The position numbers and the translations under genes are program-made. Below the pieces are notes generated by a model. That model was given only the letters and a program-made list of their open reading frames with translations, ran no database searches and had not been told where the DNA came from. A DNA stretch of 64,000 nucleotides, from positions 1,312,001-1,376,000 of the forward strand of contig OZ241456.1 of the NCBI GenBank assembly GCA_965200875.1. The letters are read 5' to 3'. This document shows, piece by piece, positions 39,812 through 48,227 of this stretch. The stretch comes from Bdellovibrionales bacterium (GTDB lineage Bacteria > Bdellovibrionota > Bdellovibrionia > Bdellovibrionales > UBA1609). Position 1 is the stretch's first letter. The number at the start of each line of letters is the position of its first letter.

Positions 39812-41544
39812 TAAGCACCTGCTATTCTGTAAATAGCAAAAGGCAGTTGACAAAAAATAATTCCTTCTTTTGCTAATTCATCTGCTGAATCAAAATAATG
39901 AATAGGAGCAAATACAACTGCTTTTTCGCAGTTTTTTTGATTCATGATTTTTTGGATTTTTTCTTTTCTATCAAGGTTTAAAGCGGATTCTTTACTTCTT
40001 AAAAACTTAATGCTTGGCTTATAGATGACAAAAAAAGCTGTGTTTTTATTTGATTTCCCTATATAAAAATCTTCGGTTTCCGGCACTTTACTTAGAGTTT
40101 GGCCTGTAGCTATATAATAAACATAACTAGAAAGAGTTTTATAACTTGGCAGAGATTTGCCTTTTATCAAATTTTCTTCATTAATTTCTGTTCCAAGAGT
40201 TAAGTAAGTAAAATAGCCACCTAAGCCTTTTTTTAATTTTTCCGGTTTTGCTTTAGGAACACCCTTAATCACCCGACGAACCCTCTCTGCTGTGATTTTA
40301 TCGGCATAATCCTTACACTCCACAAGGATAAATTTTCGGTTTCCTCCGTCTTCTTTATTTAAATCTAAAACAGCATGGGCTGTTGTTCCCGAACCAGCGA
40401 AAGAATCCAAGATAATGGAGTCTTTATCTGCAACAAGGCAAATACATTTTTTTATTATTTCTGGAGACTTTGGATAATCAAAAATATTTTTTTGAAACAG
40501 GGATGATAGACTCTCTTTTCCTACTTCGTGATTTATTTTTTTATCCAACCAGATGGATCGTTCTTTTGTTGTAGCCTGTCCGTTTTCCGGCAAATAATCT
40601 TTTCTGTAAATTCGCCAATATCCTGTTCTCTTTTTTTCTCCAAAAAGCATTAAAGGGTTTTCCAGCACTTTGTCTTTACTCCAAGTCCAGCAACCTTCTT
40701 CACCAGAGGATGATATAGGAAAAACCTCTATGCAATAAGCTTTTGAACGAGATAAAGCCACTTGGCCATTTATAGGATTGACATAAATAGGATAAAACAA
40801 ATTAGGCCGTGTTTTTCGATTAAAAAACTGTATTGCTCCATTCATCAATCTCATAAGGCGATAAACTCCTCTTTTATCTTTCTTTTTATATTCTGAAAGC
40901 GTTTTTTCTTTTTTTGGAATCTCTTTAAGACTGGCCCTTTCAATATTTTTTGAAAAAACAAGGATATACTCATGAGTTCTGGCTATATCTTGCCTTAATG
41001 ATCGTCCACGGGGGTTTGTTTGAGCTGTTATTTGAGCAATATAGTTCTCTTCTCCAAAAATTTCATCCATTATCATCCGCAAATGGTGTTGCTCATTATC
41101 ATCAATACTTATAAAAATCACTCCATCATCAGAAAGCAGTTCTTTAAGAAGATACAATCGTGGCCACATCATACAAAGCCATTTGTCATGTCTTTCCAAG
41201 TCCTCTACACCAATTTCTTTGTTTAGCCACTCTGTAATGAAAGGACTATTTACATTATCATTATATTTCCAGCCTTCGTTACCAGTATTGTAGGGTGGAT
41301 CAATATAGATACACTTTACCTTTCCGGCATATCTTGGTAAAAGAGCTTTTAAAGCATGAAGATTATCCCCATGAATAATCAGATTGTCGTCATCCAAACT
41401 TAGCATTCTTTGCGCGCTCTTTTGGCCGGCTTGACCGGCAGGAGGCGAAAGGGATTTTTTTTCATCAATTTCCAACGAACGAAAAGGAACTCCCAGATGA
41501 TGAGAATAAACAGAGGACTTTCCTTTAAAATTCAAAACCGGCAT
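39811..41544 (-). CDS. mod: Type III restriction-modification Mod subunit (N6-adenine MTase, beta class)
   Basis: IHGDNL, IDPPYNTG, central TRD, YPKS and DSFAGSGTT. Confidence 0.92.
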   Translation of the reverse strand: MPVLNFKGKSSVYSHHLGVPFRSLEIDEKKSLSPPAGQAGQKSAQRMLSLDDDNLIIHGDNLHALKALLPRYAGKVKCIYIDPPYNTGNEGWKYNDNVNSPFITEWLNKEIGVEDLERHDKWLCMMWPRLYLLKELLSDDGVIFISIDDNEQHHLRMIMDEIFGEENYIAQITAQTNPRGRSLRQDIARTHEYILVFSKNIERASLKEIPKKEKTLSEYKKKDKRGVYRLMRLMNGAIQFFNRKTRPNLFYPIYVNPINGQVALSRSKAYCIEVFPISSSGEEGCWTWSKDKVLENPLMLFGEKKRTGYWRIYRKDYLPENGQATTKERSIWLDKKINHEVGKESLSSLFQKNIFDYPKSPEIIKKCICLVADKDSIILDSFAGSGTTAHAVLDLNKEDGGNRKFILVECKDYADKITAERVRRVIKGVPKAKPEKLKKGLGGYFTYLTLGTEINEENLIKGKSLPSYKTLSSYVYYIATGQTLSKVPETEDFYIGKSNKNTAFFVIYKPSIKFLRSKESALNLDRKEKIQKIMNQKNCEKAVVFAPIHYFDSADELAKEGIIFCQLPFAIYRIAGA

Positions 41545-41765
41545 TTAAAAACTCCTGTCTTTTCTTAGCAAATAACTACCTGAAAAGCATATAGCTATCA
41601 GCAAAAAACAGGAATATTTTGCTCTGCATAAAATATCTTCACATCTCCTGTGAAAATCTTTAAGTATCGGTAATGACTAATTTATTGCATTGTGTCGAAG
41701 TCAGGAAAATTTAAAAAGTTACTTCATATAACTTTTCCGTGGATTGGTAGTAAAATTTGGAAAGT

Positions 41766-43100
41766 TTAATAGAGCAAAAAATTCTTTCTTTGTTTGATCC
41801 AGAGTGTTTCGTCTGGGAAAAGCTTTTTTTCCAGATCTAAAACGGAAGCGTTGTCATCTTCGATCCAGTTTCTTAAAAAATCATCACCGGATAAAATATC
41901 AACTGGCAATTTTTCATATTCATATTCGTAAGGAGGAAGTGTTATCCAATCGAAGTCAGGATGATGCTTTTTAAGACATTTTAGAAACAAACTTATCAGG
42001 CGGTAAGGTGAAAATTTTTTTTCATCATAAAAAGGTGCTGTGGCATAAATACGAATGGCAGAACAAATCTGGTTTTGAAATTTATCAGCCACTGGCTGAA
42101 AAAACTCTTCTCTTAAAGCAGAGCCTCCAAGCCAATGAGGAGCTAAATGAATCATGGATTTTAGTATAGCGTGGGCATTCATGTTGGGAAATCCAAAAGC
42201 TTTTAAAGGAAAAACAGTCCCTCGTGCCTCAGAAATATTTGTTCCTTCCAACAGAACAGTGCCACTGTAACAACGAGCACACTCCTCATCCACCATATTG
42301 GGACTGGGAAGTAACCAAGGAACACCTGTGGGCCAAGCCTTTTTTTCTGGATAGTATTCCCGCATTTTAATTATTTGCAAGTTGAGATTCAAGTTTTTTA
42401 AAGAGCAATACCACTTGGCTGATTCTCCTAAAGTCAGGCCATGCCGAATGGGAAGAGGACCGGCACCAACAAAACTGAAAAAATTTTTGTTCAATATGGA
42501 ACCTTCTGCTTTTCGGCCTGCGGGATTGGGACGATCCAATATCCATACTTCTTTGTTGGCTGTGGAGCAATCCTCCAGCACATAAAAAAGCGTTGTTAAA
42601 TAAGTGTAAACACGACAACCTACATCCTGAAGATCTACAATTAAAACATCAAAACAGGAAAGCATTTCCTTGGTGAGTCTCTTTGTTTTTTCAGAGTAAA
42701 GACTGAAAACAGGGTAATGGTTTGTCGTCTTCCGGGTATGTTTGTGCTGTGTTTTAAGAGAGGAATCTTTTTCAGTTTTGGAGTGTATTTCAGCTTGAGT
42801 GGCTGATGATTGTGCGTTGTTCTCTGAACAGTCAATGGGGTTAGAAACCAAGAACCTCAATTTTGTGGAATGTTCATCTTCTGTTGTAATCATGTTGGCT
42901 TGTTGAACAGCTTTAAAACCATGTTGAGGGCCTATGACACAGCTGACTTTTAAGGGTGTGTAGGATTGAATCAACTCAAGAGAACTTTGCAGATTTTGAG
43001 ACACAGAAGCGGAATGCCCCAAGAAAGCCACACGGCAATTTTCCAGCCGACCTCGCCAAGCTTTTTCTTTGATAAAAGATTCAATGCCCAGTTCAAACAT
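41766..43100 (-). CDS. namZ: Exo-beta-N-acetylmuramidase NamZ family (DUF1343)
   Basis: GPQHG, VFSLY, DLQDVGCRVYTY, LDRPNP, RHGLTLGE, PSPNM and EGTNISEARGT. Confidence 0.9.
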   Translation of the reverse strand: MFELGIESFIKEKAWRGRLENCRVAFLGHSASVSQNLQSSLELIQSYTPLKVSCVIGPQHGFKAVQQANMITTEDEHSTKLRFLVSNPIDCSENNAQSSATQAEIHSKTEKDSSLKTQHKHTRKTTNHYPVFSLYSEKTKRLTKEMLSCFDVLIVDLQDVGCRVYTYLTTLFYVLEDCSTANKEVWILDRPNPAGRKAEGSILNKNFFSFVGAGPLPIRHGLTLGESAKWYCSLKNLNLNLQIIKMREYYPEKKAWPTGVPWLLPSPNMVDEECARCYSGTVLLEGTNISEARGTVFPLKAFGFPNMNAHAILKSMIHLAPHWLGGSALREEFFQPVADKFQNQICSAIRIYATAPFYDEKKFSPYRLISLFLKCLKKHHPDFDWITLPPYEYEYEKLPVDILSGDDFLRNWIEDDNASVLDLEKKLFPDETLWIKQRKNFLLY

Positions 43101-43173
43101 ACAGTAAAGAACCTCAAGAGCTGTTATGAACCATTAAACTTTAGAGGAATTAACAACAAGCAGATTACTGATC

Positions 43174-43722
43174 TCAGTTGTTTGCAGAGTCAGGTGGTTC
43201 CACAGTGGTTTGTTGTGTTTCAGATTGTGTTTCCACCGGTTCCTCTTTACACGGTGGTTCTTCTACTGTTTCCTTTTCATGAACACCTGTATTGTCGTTA
43301 TCCTCTGTTGTGGCTTTGCCATTGGAAGTTTCCTCCAAAAGTGTGCAACTATAACCAGCTTTCTCTAGTTCTTTTTGTCTACTTGCCAAACCGGCTTTAC
43401 AGACATGTTTTACACTGGTCGCAAATTGCATTAAAAAATCATTTTCAAAAAAACTGCATAACAGCTGATTTTGACCAGGCTTGCCTTTCCATTCTGCTAA
43501 TTCAAGCTGTATGTTTTCTTTCCCTGTTTTTGTACATAAATTTTTTTTCAAAATGTTTGGGATTCCCGCTTTTGGTTCTAGGCAGTTAAAATACTTTTCT
43601 CCACACTCTTCATCGCTGGTACAAGGCTTTCGGTATTTACTGCAAGGATCTTCAGGACATTCCGCTCCATAACTTTGAGATATTGTAAAAAACACAATAA
43701 AAAACAGTATTAAAGCCTTCAT
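43174..43722 (-). CDS. Secreted Cys-rich protein (paralogue of 43894-44604)
   Basis: Signal peptide, ~100-aa 8-Cys domain, acidic tail; AGGAGG RBS. Confidence 0.78.
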   Translation of the reverse strand: MKALILFFIVFFTISQSYGAECPEDPCSKYRKPCTSDEECGEKYFNCLEPKAGIPNILKKNLCTKTGKENIQLELAEWKGKPGQNQLLCSFFENDFLMQFATSVKHVCKAGLASRQKELEKAGYSCTLLEETSNGKATTEDNDNTGVHEKETVEEPPCKEEPVETQSETQQTTVEPPDSANN

Positions 43723-43893
43723 AAAATAACCTCCTGATTTTATAAAAATTAAAATTGCTTCATTGACGACATAGGAAAAAGCGAGCTTGCCTTAATCATC
43801 ATTTCCTTCCTCGTCAAGCTTTTTAGCAGACAAGCTCAAAGCAGATGTAAAAGCATTTTTCTTGAGTTGAATGTGTTTTTCCTTAGTGACTAA

Positions 43894-44604
43894 TTATTGA
43901 CTAGAGCATTGATAACCAGCATCTGTCAACTCTGTTTTTCTGTTCTCTTTTGGAGTATTACAGCCATTTTTCGTATTTGTGGCAAATCCAATAAGATATT
44001 CATTATCTTCAATAAGATCACACAACAGCTGATTTCGACCAGGTATTCCGTGACTCCATTCAGATAATATCAGCATAACAGCGGGATGACCTGTTTTTGC
44101 ACATATTGTTTGTTTCATGTTTGTGGGATTTCCAGCTTTGGTTCTTAAGCAATTGTATTTTTCTGTACATTCCTTATTATTTTTACAGCCGGCTCTATAC
44201 GCACTACAATCATTACTTCCAACAGCAAGGTTCAAAGGAAGAGGAGACGGCTCAGGAGATGGTGGCTCAGGAGATGGCGCAGGATTTGCACCTGGCGCAG
44301 GATTTGCACCCGGCGGAGGATTTGCACCCGGCGGAGGATTTGCACCAGACGGAGGATTTACACCCGGCGGAGGATTTACACCCGGCGGAGGGATAATTGG
44401 CAGTGGATCCAGTCTTCGTTTTGTGTTTTTTGGATCTGTTGTGTTATCGTCAGCTCCCAACTTGCCGTTCTCACTTTCATCATCTTCATCCTCTGTTTGA
44501 TTGCCAGTATTAGTAGTAGGTGTGTCACCTCCTCCACAACCTGAGAAAAGTACGAAAAAAAGTGTGAAAAAGAGGAACAGCAGAAATAAGCTTACAGATT
44601 TCAT
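43894..44604 (-). CDS. Lipoprotein with a Pro-rich linker and the same 8-Cys domain
   Basis: Lipobox-like FSGC after ATG 44604; (PPPGxN)6 linker; KAG.P....C.KTG..W..PG.NQLLC..FAT..C..EL..AGY.C shared with the neighbour. Confidence 0.78.
   Translation of the reverse strand: MKSVSLFLLFLFFTLFFVLFSGCGGGDTPTTNTGNQTEDEDDESENGKLGADDNTTDPKNTKRRLDPLPIIPPPGVNPPPGVNPPSGANPPPGANPPPGANPAPGANPAPSPEPPSPEPSPLPLNLAVGSNDCSAYRAGCKNNKECTEKYNCLRTKAGNPTNMKQTICAKTGHPAVMLILSEWSHGIPGRNQLLCDLIEDNEYLIGFATNTKNGCNTPKENRKTELTDAGYQCSSQ
44276..44390. repeat. Coding 18-bp tandem repeat, 6 units plus a partial one
   Basis: GGCG(G/C)AGGATTT(G/A)CACCN units. Confidence 0.9.
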
Positions 44605-44747
44605 AGATATTCTATATTTGCCGACTTGGAGTTTAGACATTTCAAACCTACTATAATAAAGTTTATATTGTTTTCTACAAAATGAAAAAAGATTTTACCC
44701 AACTTGTGGAAAACTACCATCAATATACAAACCTTAGTTTAGGTTAA

Positions 44748-44834
44748 TGGTGCGCCCGGAGCGACTTGAACGCTCACATCCTCGCAGATACCAGGCCCTC
44801 AACCTGGCCTGTCTACCAATTCCAGCACGGGCGC
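44748..44834 (-). tRNA. tRNA-Leu(GAG)
   Basis: GCGCCCG acceptor stem, D arm TGGAATTGGTAGAC, anticodon arm CCAGG-TTGAGGG-CCTGG, long variable arm, GTTCAAGT T loop and encoded CCA; 87 nt. Confidence 0.96.
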
Positions 44835-44861
44835 GTTTGTCTTTTACAATAAAAGTCGTTT

Positions 44862-44898
44862 CTAGGCCCCTCAACCTAGCCACCAATTCCAGCACGAA
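44862..44898 (-). pseudogene. Degenerate copy of the 5' half of tRNA-Leu(GAG)
   Basis: Minus strand GTTCGTGCTGGAATTGGTGGCTAGGTTGAGGGGCCTAG versus the tRNA CCCGTGCTGGAATTGGTAGACAGGCCAGGTTGAGGGCCTGG. Confidence 0.75.
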
Positions 44899-45002
44899 CA
44901 CCTTGCAATGTATAATAGTCGAAAACGCCACCTTGACACATTATATAAACAATAGTTAATAAAGTCAGTCTGTATTTATATGTTTCTTTTAGGGAGGAAA
45001 AT

Positions 45003-45491
45003 ATGTCCTTATTTCTCCATTTATGGAGTATTTTTACACTTCAACTTAAAGTTTTTACGGGGTGTTTTGCAATACATAGAAAAAACAATGTTGGCGAATT
45101 GGTTAATTCCACTCCAGCAAAGTTTAAGATAAGGGATTTTTTCGTTTGTTTTTATGGATTTGTTTCATTCATGCCGTATGTCTGGGCTGAAACTGAGAAA
45201 GTTCCTCCAGCAAAACCTCATTTTATTGAACAAATGATGCCATTTATATTTATTTTTGTTCTGTTTTATTTTCTTTTGATTCGTCCGGCGCAAAAAAGAC
45301 AAAAGAAACATCAAAATCTTGTCAATCAGTTAAAGAAAGGAGATAGTGTGATTACTTCCAGTGGTATTTTAGGTATTATTTATGGTTTAACGGACAGTTT
45401 TGTGACATTGGAAGTGGCGGATAATGTACGCATTCGGGTTTTAAGGTCTCAGATTTCCTCTCTTGTTGAACCGGATACGGATAAAAAATAG
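45003..45491 (+). CDS. yajC: Preprotein translocase subunit YajC (long N-terminus; start uncertain)
   Basis: FYFLLIRPAQKRQKKH...LKKGDSVITSSGILG. Confidence 0.93.
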   Translation: MSLFLHLWSIFTLQLKVFTGCFAIHRKNNVGELVNSTPAKFKIRDFFVCFYGFVSFMPYVWAETEKVPPAKPHFIEQMMPFIFIFVLFYFLLIRPAQKRQKKHQNLVNQLKKGDSVITSSGILGIIYGLTDSFVTLEVADNVRIRVLRSQISSLVEPDTDKK

Positions 45492-45525
45492 CTATAAAAA
45501 AATTAAACAGGAATTGTTTTAAAAC

Positions 45526-47232
45526 ATGATTGAAAATAATAAAATACGTTGGGCAATTGTTCTTTTTTCCCTTCTTCTGGCAGGAGCTTGGATATTTCCC
45601 AATTTTTATAATTTTAAGGAAAACCAGTGGTGGTTTTCAAAAGAAAAGCTGATTTACGGTTTGGATATTCAAGGCGGTTTGCATCTTGTTATGGGTGTAA
45701 AGACAGATGAGGCCATTCAAGAGAAAATTACCAGCCTGATGGCGGATTTAAAAGATAATCTGGAGTCAGAAAAAATAAAAGTGGCTGGTATGATTTCTGT
45801 GGAGGGAAAAACCGGGCAGATACGGGTTTCTTTGGAAAAACCTGAAGATCAAGAAAAAGCGAAAGAAGCTCTTAAAAAATACACAGGTTCAATATTAGGG
45901 GGAACACGCCTCAGATTACTAAGTGATTCAGAAGAGAAGGCCATAGTTTTGGGTTATAACGAAGTGGAATTGATTCGTCTTCGTAAGAACATAGCCAGCC
46001 AAGTGGTGGAGGTCATTCGCCGAAGAATTGATGAATTTGGTGTTAGTGAACCTGTTATCACTGTTCAAGGGGAAGATCGTGTGTTGGTTCAGCTACCCGG
46101 AGTGCAGGATTCCGCACGGGCCAGAGATATTATTCAGAGAACAGCCCAGCTGGAGTTTCGTTTGGTAAATCAGGAAATTTCAACGGAGGAATTGATAAAA
46201 TGGGTAAACTCCGCAGAGGAAAAGGGAGGGTACTCTCTGAATTTAAAGACTCCTTACATGGATTATGTGAGAAAAATCAATAAAGACCTAAAAGATAAAA
46301 TCCCTGAAAACCATTTTTTGGTTTTTCAAAGGGCGGAATCCAGCGTCAGTTTACAGACGGGCAAGATTCCTGTTTTGGCACGCACAGATAGTGGCATAGG
46401 TGGTGAAGTTTTACAAACGGCTTTTGTTTCCTCTGATGAATTTGGAAATCCTGAAGTGGCCTTCCATATCAATGTGGCCGGAAGAAAAACTTTTTCTGAA
46501 CTGACAGGTAATAATGTCGGAAAACCTCTGGCTATTATCCTAGATAAGGAATTAAAATCCATGCCCGTTATCAAATCTCGTATATCAGATAGAGGCAGTA
46601 TCAGTATGGGCCGTGGAGGCAGTCAGGATATTCGTGAAGAAGCGGAAAATATTGCCACAGTTTTGCGGGCTGGTGCACTTCCCGCCCGGTTGATAAAAAT
46701 GGAGGAACGCACGGTAGGTCCTACTTTAGGAAGGGACTCCATTGAAAAAGGAAAGAAAGCCGGTCTTTTAGCTGGAATTTTGGTTATTATTTTTATGTTT
46801 CTTTATTACCGCGCGTTGGGTTTAGTGGCTAATGTATCTTTGTGTCTGAATATGCTTTGCCTGCTAGCTTTGCTGACTTCTCTTGGGGCAACTCTGACTC
46901 TGCCGGGTGTGGCGGGTATTATTTTGACTATTGGTATGGCCGTGGATGCTAATGTGATTATTTATGAACGATTAAGAGAGGAATTAAAAAAAGGTTCCGC
47001 TATGGCAATGGCAATCAGGGATGGCTATCGGTACGCACTTTCTGCCATTTTGGACGCAAATATTACTACAGCTATTGTTTGTGCGGTATTGATGTCCTTT
47101 GGAACTGGCCCAATCAGGGGTTTTGCTGTGACTCTTTTTTGTGGCATTATCACTTCCATTTTTACTGCGGTGTTTGTGTCTCGCACTATATTGAATACTT
47201 TAGTCCGCCGATTTCAAATAAAAAAATTATAG
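45526..47232 (+). CDS. secD: Protein translocase subunit SecD
   Basis: GLDIQGG, RRIDEFGVSEP, VGPTLG, GMAVDANV and DANITT. Confidence 0.97.
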   Translation: MIENNKIRWAIVLFSLLLAGAWIFPNFYNFKENQWWFSKEKLIYGLDIQGGLHLVMGVKTDEAIQEKITSLMADLKDNLESEKIKVAGMISVEGKTGQIRVSLEKPEDQEKAKEALKKYTGSILGGTRLRLLSDSEEKAIVLGYNEVELIRLRKNIASQVVEVIRRRIDEFGVSEPVITVQGEDRVLVQLPGVQDSARARDIIQRTAQLEFRLVNQEISTEELIKWVNSAEEKGGYSLNLKTPYMDYVRKINKDLKDKIPENHFLVFQRAESSVSLQTGKIPVLARTDSGIGGEVLQTAFVSSDEFGNPEVAFHINVAGRKTFSELTGNNVGKPLAIILDKELKSMPVIKSRISDRGSISMGRGGSQDIREEAENIATVLRAGALPARLIKMEERTVGPTLGRDSIEKGKKAGLLAGILVIIFMFLYYRALGLVANVSLCLNMLCLLALLTSLGATLTLPGVAGIILTIGMAVDANVIIYERLREELKKGSAMAMAIRDGYRYALSAILDANITTAIVCAVLMSFGTGPIRGFAVTLFCGIITSIFTAVFVSRTILNTLVRRFQIKKL

Positions 47233-47251
47233 GATAACAGGAACTATTACC

Positions 47252-48205
47252 ATGAAAGAACCTCGTTTTGATTTTTTGTCTTCTTCCCGTTTTGTAACCG
47301 CCTTTTCTCTTATTTTGTCGGTGGTGGCTTTGGTATGGATTATTGTTAATGGTTTAAACTATGGTATCGATTTTGCCGGTGGCAATGAAGTTCAAGTGCG
47401 CTTTGAAAAACCCCCTACAGTAGAGACATTGAGAAAATATGTGTTTGGAAAGGGGTTTGCAAGCCCCTCTGTACAAACTTTTGGTGATGAGGAAAACGAA
47501 TTTTTAATTTTTATAGAAAACATAAAAGACACACAAAATTCAAAGCAGAAACGCCCCTCGCAAAAGAAAGAAACTGACAACGCGTCTGCAAACGCGATGG
47601 CTATAGAAAGCTTGATAAAATCTTTTAAACAGGATTTTGCAGATCAAGGGGTGGAGATACGAAAAGTGGATTCTGTGGGTCCACAAATCGGATCAGAATT
47701 AAGGAAAAAGGGAATATTGGCTGTTTTTTACAGTTTGATTATGATTTTAATTTATTTGGCCATAAGATTTGATTACAAATTCGCACCGGCGGCGGTAATT
47801 TGTCTTTTCCATGATGCGATTTTAACAATGTGGGTGTTTGCTCTTTTTGATTTGGTAGTGAGTGTACAAACCCTAGCCGCTCTTTTGGCTATTATTGGTT
47901 ATTCACTTAATGACACTATCGTGACTTTTGATCGTATCCGGGAAAACGGAGAGTACTTTGGGAAGAAAGAGTCTTTCCTGAAATTATGTAATCGCTCCAT
48001 TAACGATGTGCTTTCCCGCACTTTACTGACTTCTATTACCACTATGATGGCAGTGGGAGTAATGTGGTTTTACACAGATGGAGTAATCAAGGATTTTGCT
48101 TTCACTTTGGGTGTAGGAGTCATTATTGGAACTTACTCTTCCATTTATGTGGCCACTCCTTTAGTGATTTTCATTAATCACCTTCAAAAAAAGCGCAAAA
48201 TCTGA
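47252..48205 (+). CDS. secF: Protein translocase subunit SecF
   Basis: GIDFAGG, VGPQIG, GYSLNDTIVTFDRIRE and GTYSSI. Confidence 0.97.
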   Translation: MKEPRFDFLSSSRFVTAFSLILSVVALVWIIVNGLNYGIDFAGGNEVQVRFEKPPTVETLRKYVFGKGFASPSVQTFGDEENEFLIFIENIKDTQNSKQKRPSQKKETDNASANAMAIESLIKSFKQDFADQGVEIRKVDSVGPQIGSELRKKGILAVFYSLIMILIYLAIRFDYKFAPAAVICLFHDAILTMWVFALFDLVVSVQTLAALLAIIGYSLNDTIVTFDRIRENGEYFGKKESFLKLCNRSINDVLSRTLLTSITTMMAVGVMWFYTDGVIKDFAFTLGVGVIIGTYSSIYVATPLVIFINHLQKKRKI

Positions 48206-48227
48206 TCAGTATGCAAAAATTGATATA

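Noticed and set aside
39811..41544. Phase-variable mod (phasevarion)
   Set aside because: No simple-sequence repeat tract seen and the frame is intact
16259..44713. Scattered DnaA-box-like 9-mers as a replication origin
   Set aside because: Isolated, mostly imperfect matches with no cluster and no dnaA, gidA or parAB context
44734..44959. ORFs 44734-44931 and 44747-44959
   Set aside because: They overlap tRNA-Leu and are spurious
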